A DNA stretch of 64,000 bases, from the NCBI GenBank assembly GCA_963828525.1, contig CAWHEP010000009.1, forward strand, positions 1 through 64,000. Reading direction: 5' to 3'. The DNA is from an uncultured Verrucomicrobiae bacterium. GTDB taxonomy: Bacteria; Verrucomicrobiota; Verrucomicrobiia; Chthoniobacterales; Chthoniobacteraceae. The notes under the pieces were generated by a model that worked only from the letters and a program-made list of their open reading frames with translations, searched no databases and was not told the DNA's origin. A program made the translations under genes and the position numbers. Positions 58,974 through 64,000 of the stretch are shown one piece after another (position 1 is the stretch's first letter; each line of letters opens with the position of its first letter).

Positions 58974-59420
58974 CTAGGACGCGACGAGACGCTTTCTCCG
59001 ATTCCGGAGGAAGCCGCCGAGAGCTAGCAAGCCAGCAAAGAGGGGCAAAGCGACAGCAGTCGGCTCCGGGACGGCGGCCGGCGGGCTTCCGCCAAGGAAG
59101 CAGGTGTGAACGTGAAATCAGCGCTCAACTGTGTATTAGTAGTTGCGGCTCCAGAAGAGAACAGACAAGCCGGAATCGGGTGTGACCAAAAACTTACCGA
59201 TCGCGGGTATCAAAAAGGAGACGGGGGTGCCTTGCAGGAAAAGTAGATTGGTGCGCAAAAATACCACCTCAAAAGGAGCTTCACTCATTGTAAGCGACTG
59301 GCTGATCGGCTGGGACACGCTAGACGGCTCCCACGCTAATTGTCAGCGTCCTAGTGACCGTGAAAGAAGTCTGTCCAGAAAAATCGGCGCTATCGCCTAC
59401 ACCCGAGTCAACGTCCCATT
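58974..59420 (-). pseudogene. 5'-truncated, frameshifted PEP-CTERM surface protein remnant
   Basis: 59072-58974 reads VPEPTAVALPLFAGLLALGGFLRNRRKRLVAS*; upstream Ser/Thr-rich segments lie in shifting frames; no signal peptide before the upstream gene's stop. Confidence 0.75.
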
Positions 59421-59422
59421 GA

Positions 59423-59817
59423 TCAGTCCCACCGCATCGGCTTCATGGGTTCCATTGGTTTCATGGGGCTCATCGGTCTCATGGGTTCCATGGGCTTCAT
59501 CTTGGGGAACCCTGCGCCTGAAGATTCTCCCACGTCGAGTTTCTCAGCATACGCCAAATCGGGCAATTCATCAAGAACCTCTATCTGGCTCCCTACGACA
59601 TGGATGCCTTTGTCTCCATCTTTCGTCTTTATAGAATGATCAAAGCCTCATTTAGCCGGAATACCTCGGGTGCCCCTGTCGCTTCTCCGGTGTGGCAGCC
59701 CCTCGCCTGGCTCTGACGCTGGCCTTCGTCACCGCTGGCGAGGCCAACAAGGGTCTGTTCTCCTTCATGTTCCAGCCAAAGAGTTCGTCCGTGGCCCAAT
59801 TCGCAGATGTAGTTCAT
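59423..59817 (-). CDS. hypothetical protein with C-terminal Met-x-Pro repeats (frameshift near 59633)
   Basis: MNYICELGHGRTLWLE...EALII / IKTKDGDKGIHVVGSQIEVL...FPKMKPMEPMRPMSPMKPMEPMKPMRWD*. Confidence 0.75.
59435..59500 (-). repeat. 9-bp period tandem repeat encoding (M-x-P)7-M
   Basis: CAT on the + strand at 59435, 59444, 59453, 59462, 59471, 59480, 59489, 59498. Confidence 0.9.
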
Positions 59818-59871
59818 ACAGAGTTGAGTCGGAGCCGGGGCAACGAATGGATGTTGGCAGAACGACCGCGC

Positions 59872-60886
59872 CTAGAGTGAACGGCCCACTACCTCAGCAA
59901 CCGCCCGGACACGGGTCACGAGATCGGCAAACTCTGCTGGCAGCAGCGCCTGCTCTCCATCGCTTTTGGAAAATTCGGGAGAATTATGAACCTCGACCAT
60001 GAGGGCATCCGCGCCGGCGGCCACTGCCGCCAAAGTCATCGCGGGTATGTAGTCGTGGACACCCACCCCATGAGTAGGATCGACGACAACGGGCAGGTGC
60101 GTCTCAGCTTTAAGCACCGGGACTGCGTTTAGATCGAGTGTGTTGCGCGTGCTGGTTTCAAAAGTGCGTATGCCGCGCTCGCAGAGCAGCACGTTAAAGT
60201 TCCCCTCACTGAGGATGTACTCGGCGCTCATGAGAAGGTCTTTGACCGTAGCGCTCATGCCGCGCTTCAACATCACCGGAAGCTTGCTCCGGCCAACCTC
60301 TTTTAGCAGAGCGAAATTCTGCATATTGCGGGCGCCCACCTGAAGGCAGTCGGCATACTGCTCGATGACGTCGAGATCCTTTGTGTCCATGATCTCGGTA
60401 ATGATCGGCAGCCCGGTCTCAGCCCTCGCTTCGGCGAGCAGCTTCAGCCCATCGACCCCCAGCCCCTGGAAGGTGTAAGGAGAGGTGCGCGGCTTGAACG
60501 CGCCTCCACGCAGTATCCCTGGCGCCCGCGGATTTTACATCCCGCGCGATCGCGGTGATCTGCTCACGGGATTCGACAGAACAGGGGCCAGACATGACCA
60601 CGATCTGCTTTCCGCCGATCTCCACATCACCAATGCGCACCAACGAAGGGGTTCCCCGGAATTCATAGGAGACTAATTTGTAAGGCTTCAGCACGGGGGT
60701 CACCGAGTCAACACCGGGGATTGCGGCGAGCGGCTTCTCGCGGATGAGGTCTTCCGGCCCGATGACACCGATGACAACACGGAGAGCTCCGCGGCTGATC
60801 TCGGCCTTCAGACCCCACTCCTTTATGCGCTCCACGATGTGCTGGATCTGCTCCTCGGTAGCGTCTGTTTTAGTTATAATGATCAT
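59872..60886 (-). CDS. aroF: DAHP synthase type I-beta with N-terminal regulatory domain (frameshift near 60520)
   Basis: [19 protein letters not shown] / [12 protein letters not shown] in the shifted frame, [28 protein letters not shown]. Confidence 0.92.
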
Positions 60887-61038
60887 GGCAAGGGCATTGA
60901 AGGTAGAGAGGCATGCACGATGGGCAACTGTTTTCTCCCCAGCCGCGATTGACGTCTTCGGGGGGATGAGACCAGCGCGTTCTTTGCGGGAACACTTCAC
61001 AAGTTGACTAATCTGCCGCCCTGTGATGCGATGGACCG

Positions 61039-61200
61039 GTGAAATCCGCCCTCCTGCTCGCAATGTTCGCCGTTCTCGCCTGTTCCTCCTGCACCACTCT
61101 CGCAAATCGGCGCGATCTATATTCTCCTCCGACGAAAAGCCTGCCGCCGAGGACCGAATCCGCGCCACAGCCGGGCGCGATCCTGCCGACTTCCTCGTAG
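61039..61200 (+). CDS. 53-aa putative lipoprotein (below ORF-track cutoff)
   Basis: GTG-KSALLLAMFAVLACSSCTTLANRRDLYSPPTKSLPPRTESAPQPGAILPTSS-TAG; upstream TTGACT-N17-TGCGAT-6 nt-GTG. Confidence 0.75.
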   Translation: MKSALLLAMFAVLACSSCTTLANRRDLYSPPTKSLPPRTESAPQPGAILPTSS

Positions 61201-61207
61201 CCGTATT

Positions 61208-62320
61208 CTACGACACGGGCACGGGCTCGGGGCCTGATTCCGTTCCCCCATTGAGAGAACCCCCCTCATCCGGGGTTTCCAGGCCGAGCAATTCTCTTTG
61301 CCACGGAAGAAGCTTACCTTCATCGCGCCCCCCCGCGAGGCCCTCCAATACCGCCTTGGACGCGATAAGAGAGGGGTCAAGCTTGAGTTCTTCCGCAATG
61401 TGATCCCGCGTTTTCTTCAACGCGCGGAATCGCTCTTCCTCTCCATGCGCCGGGCGAAATCGCGGTCTCCGCAGCGGTTGCGGCCAGTCGGTTTCGGGCA
61501 AGGCGAGAGCAGCCTCCGCCGCAAGATAGAAACGCCTCCGCCTGCCGCCATCGAGGTGGTGTAACCGAATCGGTTCACCTTGGGCAAAGCGATGCGCGGA
61601 TTCCACCATGTCTTCGTTGCGCAGGATGTGGAATGGAGGCCTGTCCACACGCTGGGCCTCCGTCTCGCGCCATTGCCAAAGAGAGCGGAGAATGGCGGAA
61701 CTTCGACCCGCAAGTTCGGCGCTGCCCGCAATCCTCCATGCATTCTCCAAATCCCGCTCCCTGTTTATGGCCGACTGCGCGACAGCTTTTTGGCAGGACT
61801 GCTCGAACCATGGCCATCTTCCAAGCTCGCGCAGCTCAGCCTCCAGGCGTTCCGCGAGCGAGAAAAGATGACAGGTGTCATTCACCGCATAATCAATCAT
61901 CTTTTGCGGCAGCGGGCGTATCGCCCAATTTGCCTTCTGCGAGGACTTGACCAGAGCCAAGCCGAAAAATTCCGAGATGAGCGCAGCCAGGCTAAATGCC
62001 AAGCGCCCCGTCAGCCGCGCGGCAATCATGGTATCGAAGACAGCTCCGACGGCGTTCAGTCCCGCTTTCCGGAGGAGGCGCAGATCGAAATCAGCTCCAT
62101 GGAGAATCAAGTTGCGGGAACTGATGGCGTCAAGAAACGGCTGCAGGGACACACCAGCGAGAGGATCAATCAAGACGTCGCAGCCAGGAATGCTTACCTG
62201 GATGAGACAGAGCTTTTCGAAATACGAGTGGAGGCTATCGGCCTCAGTGTCCACCGCCACTCTCGGAGCGGAGGAAAGCCGAAGCGCGAAATCGCGAAGC
62301 CCGTCAACAGAATCGATCAC
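61208..62320 (-). CDS. rnd: ribonuclease D (3'-5' exonuclease + HRDC)
   Basis: VAVDTEADSLHSY, LCLIQ, HGADFDL, FDTMIAA, WAIRPL, YAVND, WRETEAQRVDRPPFHIL. Confidence 0.9.
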   Translation of the reverse strand: MIDSVDGLRDFALRLSSAPRVAVDTEADSLHSYFEKLCLIQVSIPGCDVLIDPLAGVSLQPFLDAISSRNLILHGADFDLRLLRKAGLNAVGAVFDTMIAARLTGRLAFSLAALISEFFGLALVKSSQKANWAIRPLPQKMIDYAVNDTCHLFSLAERLEAELRELGRWPWFEQSCQKAVAQSAINRERDLENAWRIAGSAELAGRSSAILRSLWQWRETEAQRVDRPPFHILRNEDMVESAHRFAQGEPIRLHHLDGGRRRRFYLAAEAALALPETDWPQPLRRPRFRPAHGEEERFRALKKTRDHIAEELKLDPSLIASKAVLEGLAGGRDEGKLLPWQRELLGLETPDEGGSLNGGTESGPEPVPVS

Positions 62321-62332
62321 GGCGGGAACGAA

Positions 62333-63634
62333 CTAGCGCAGCCCGGCAAGAAGCAGTTCAGTGTTCGTGCCGGTGGCCTGCAGGTTCTTCAGCAGAAACT
62401 GCATCGCTTCGACGGGTGGCAAAGCGGCGAGCACTTTCCGCATAAGATGGACCCGCGGCAACTCCTGAGGGTGATAAAGCAGTTCCTCCCTCCGCGTCGC
62501 GGAATTCACAATCTGGATCGCGGGGTACACACGCTGGTCGGAAAGCGACCGGTCAAGATGCAGCTCCATATTGCCCGTGCCTTTAAACTCTTCAAAGATA
62601 ACCTCGTCCATTCTGCTCTCCGTGTTCACGAGAGCGGTCGCGACTATGGTGAGACTTCCGCCTTCCTCAACATTGCGGGCGGCGCCAAAGAATTTCTTGG
62701 GCTTCATCAACGCCTTTGCCTCAACTCCGCCAGACATGATCCGGCCCTTGGAAGGCTGCATGGCATTATAGCCGCGGGAGAGACGTGTAATGCTATCGAG
62801 GAGGATCACTACGTGCCTCTTTAACTCAACAAGGCGCTTTGCCCGGTCGCTGACAAGCTCCGCGACCTGAATGTGGCGGGAAGGAGTTTCATCAAAGGTC
62901 GAACTATAAATGTCAGCATCCACAGTGCGCCGAAGGTCGGTGACCTCCTCCGGACGTTCGTCGACGAGAAGCATGATGACGTGAATCTCTGGTGAGCTCG
63001 CGCGGATCGCCCTCGCGATATCCTTGAGGAGGATCGTCTTGCCCGTACGGGGCGGAGCGACGATCAGCCCGCGCTGCCCACGCCCCAGGGGGGCAATGAG
63101 ATCAACCGCGCGAGCGCTTAAGGAGTTGGCGACGCGATTTTCGAGAATGATGCGCTCTGTGGGAAAGAGCGCGGTCAGGCTGTCAAAATCTTTGCCAGCC
63201 ACCCAATCTCCAATCGGAATGCCCTCGATGGCGGTGACATGTTCCAGCGCCATGAACTTCTCTTTGTCCCTGGGCGCCCGAAGAAAGCCGGCAACGCGGT
63301 TCCCATTACGAAGGGAAAACCGCTTTACCTGCGCCGCGGACAAATATGCATCTTCAGGACCGGGGCGGAAGTTGTACCGGGGCCATCGGAGGAATCCATG
63401 ATTCTCCGCGGAGATCTCCGCGATGCCATCCGCAAAAACCCGCGCTCCGCGTTGGACGCGCGCGCGCATGATATCGTAGATGAGGTAGTGCCTGGACCGC
63501 TCCGGATTCGGCCGCACACCCAGGGCGCCTGCTTCCTTGAGCAAATCGCTCGCGCTCATCGCGTGCAACTCATCCACGCATACTTCCGCCGGAGCGGCAG
63601 GGGCCGAGGGCGCTACGAGGGTTGCTTCATCCAT
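62333..63634 (-). CDS. rho: transcription termination factor Rho
   Basis: [65 protein letters not shown]. Confidence 0.95.
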   Translation of the reverse strand: MDEATLVAPSAPAAPAEVCVDELHAMSASDLLKEAGALGVRPNPERSRHYLIYDIMRARVQRGARVFADGIAEISAENHGFLRWPRYNFRPGPEDAYLSAAQVKRFSLRNGNRVAGFLRAPRDKEKFMALEHVTAIEGIPIGDWVAGKDFDSLTALFPTERIILENRVANSLSARAVDLIAPLGRGQRGLIVAPPRTGKTILLKDIARAIRASSPEIHVIMLLVDERPEEVTDLRRTVDADIYSSTFDETPSRHIQVAELVSDRAKRLVELKRHVVILLDSITRLSRGYNAMQPSKGRIMSGGVEAKALMKPKKFFGAARNVEEGGSLTIVATALVNTESRMDEVIFEEFKGTGNMELHLDRSLSDQRVYPAIQIVNSATRREELLYHPQELPRVHLMRKVLAALPPVEAMQFLLKNLQATGTNTELLLAGLR

Positions 63635-64000
63635 ATTGTTCCATCACAGAAGCGGCGAATAACGCGGCCTGCGCGGCGAGTAGAGAGAGAGAAAAGTCAT
63701 TCCAGATAACTTGATGGCACTGCTTCATCTTCCATGAGAGATCAAGTTGGGCGGAAAGCATACCCGCCGCAGTCGCTTCGTCCAGTCCACGGATTCGCAG
63801 CAGACGCTCACGCTGTACGGAAGCAGAGCATGCCACGACGACCACCCGATCAAAATGCTCGAAGGCGCTGGTTTCAAAGAGAAGAGGAATATCCACGATC
63901 AAATGCGTTTCGGCCGTCCGGCTGGCACTCGCGAGTGACATCCATCGTTCACGAATCCTCGGGTGAACGATACTTTCGAGCAGCCGCCTCCGTTCCGGAT
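63627..64000 (-). CDS. coaE: dephospho-CoA kinase, C-terminal part (5' end beyond the window, indel present)
   Basis: LESIVHPRIR in an upstream frame, IVDIPLLFET, VVVVACS..VQRERL, AQL, VIWND. Confidence 0.85.
   Translation of the reverse strand, partial: PERRRLLESIVHPRIRERWMSLASASRTAETHLIVDIPLLFETSAFEHFDRVVVVACSASVQRERLLRIRGLDEATAAGMLSAQLDLSWKMKQCHQVIWNDFSLSLLAAQAALFAASVMEQYG

Noticed and set aside
59075..59110. SRP RNA-like GGAAGCAG hairpin
   Set aside because: It lacks the CAGG..GNRA helix-8 context, and the opposite strand encodes the PEP-CTERM remnant
59435..59500. CRISPR-like or non-coding tandem repeat
   Set aside because: The 9-bp period has no spacers and is explained by Met-x-Pro coding; no cas genes are present
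26634..60886. Programmed ribosomal frameshifting in split genes (pgl, ino1, truA, gpmI, aroF)
   Set aside because: No consistent slippery site or stimulatory structure was seen; indels are scattered across unrelated genes, as expected for sequencing error
61580..62824. Long antisense ORFs (414 aa here; also 17809-18765, 44547-45422, 45468-46307, 1183-1968)
   Set aside because: They are shadows of well-supported genes on the opposite strand in GC-rich DNA and carry no motifs of their own

Overview
Gene-dense bacterial chromosomal segment (GC roughly 58-60% by eye). Gene content (PEP-CTERM tail, LpxL fused to a GT9-like domain, Mpa/Dop in a lipid A-producing cell, short HemA) suggests Verrucomicrobiota, probably Chthoniobacterales; this is inference. 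Many genes carry single-base indels, most likely long-read sequencing errors. Housekeeping genes include proC, msbA-lpxB-lpxL, yqgF, truA, ccsA-hemA-hemC-cobA/hemD, carA, manC, psd-pssA, gpmI, tRNA-Gly(TCC), aroF, rnd, rho and coaE. Accessory blocks: (i) the best candidate for an undescribed system, a GrpE-like / lidless Hsp70 / HPD-less J-like+FGE-domain gene trio converging on a pseudokinase-TM-FGE receptor (39.7-46.2 kb); (ii) an mpa(arc)-dop pair with no adjacent modifier, ligase or proteasome genes; (iii) an 8-gene cassette (2 NDP-sugar epimerases, 2 CgeB-type glycosyltransferases, Ino1, methyltransferase, an apparently circularly permuted GH-A hydrolase, His phosphatase); (iv) a 4-gene secreted glycan-processing operon. 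Features absent or incomplete in the ORF track: a 53-aa lipoprotein, a 5'-truncated PEP-CTERM remnant, a Met-x-Pro repeat protein, the full GrpE-like gene, and several sigma70-type promoters close enough to start codons to imply leaderless mRNAs. No CRISPR array, transposase, integrase, prophage or reverse transcriptase was seen.
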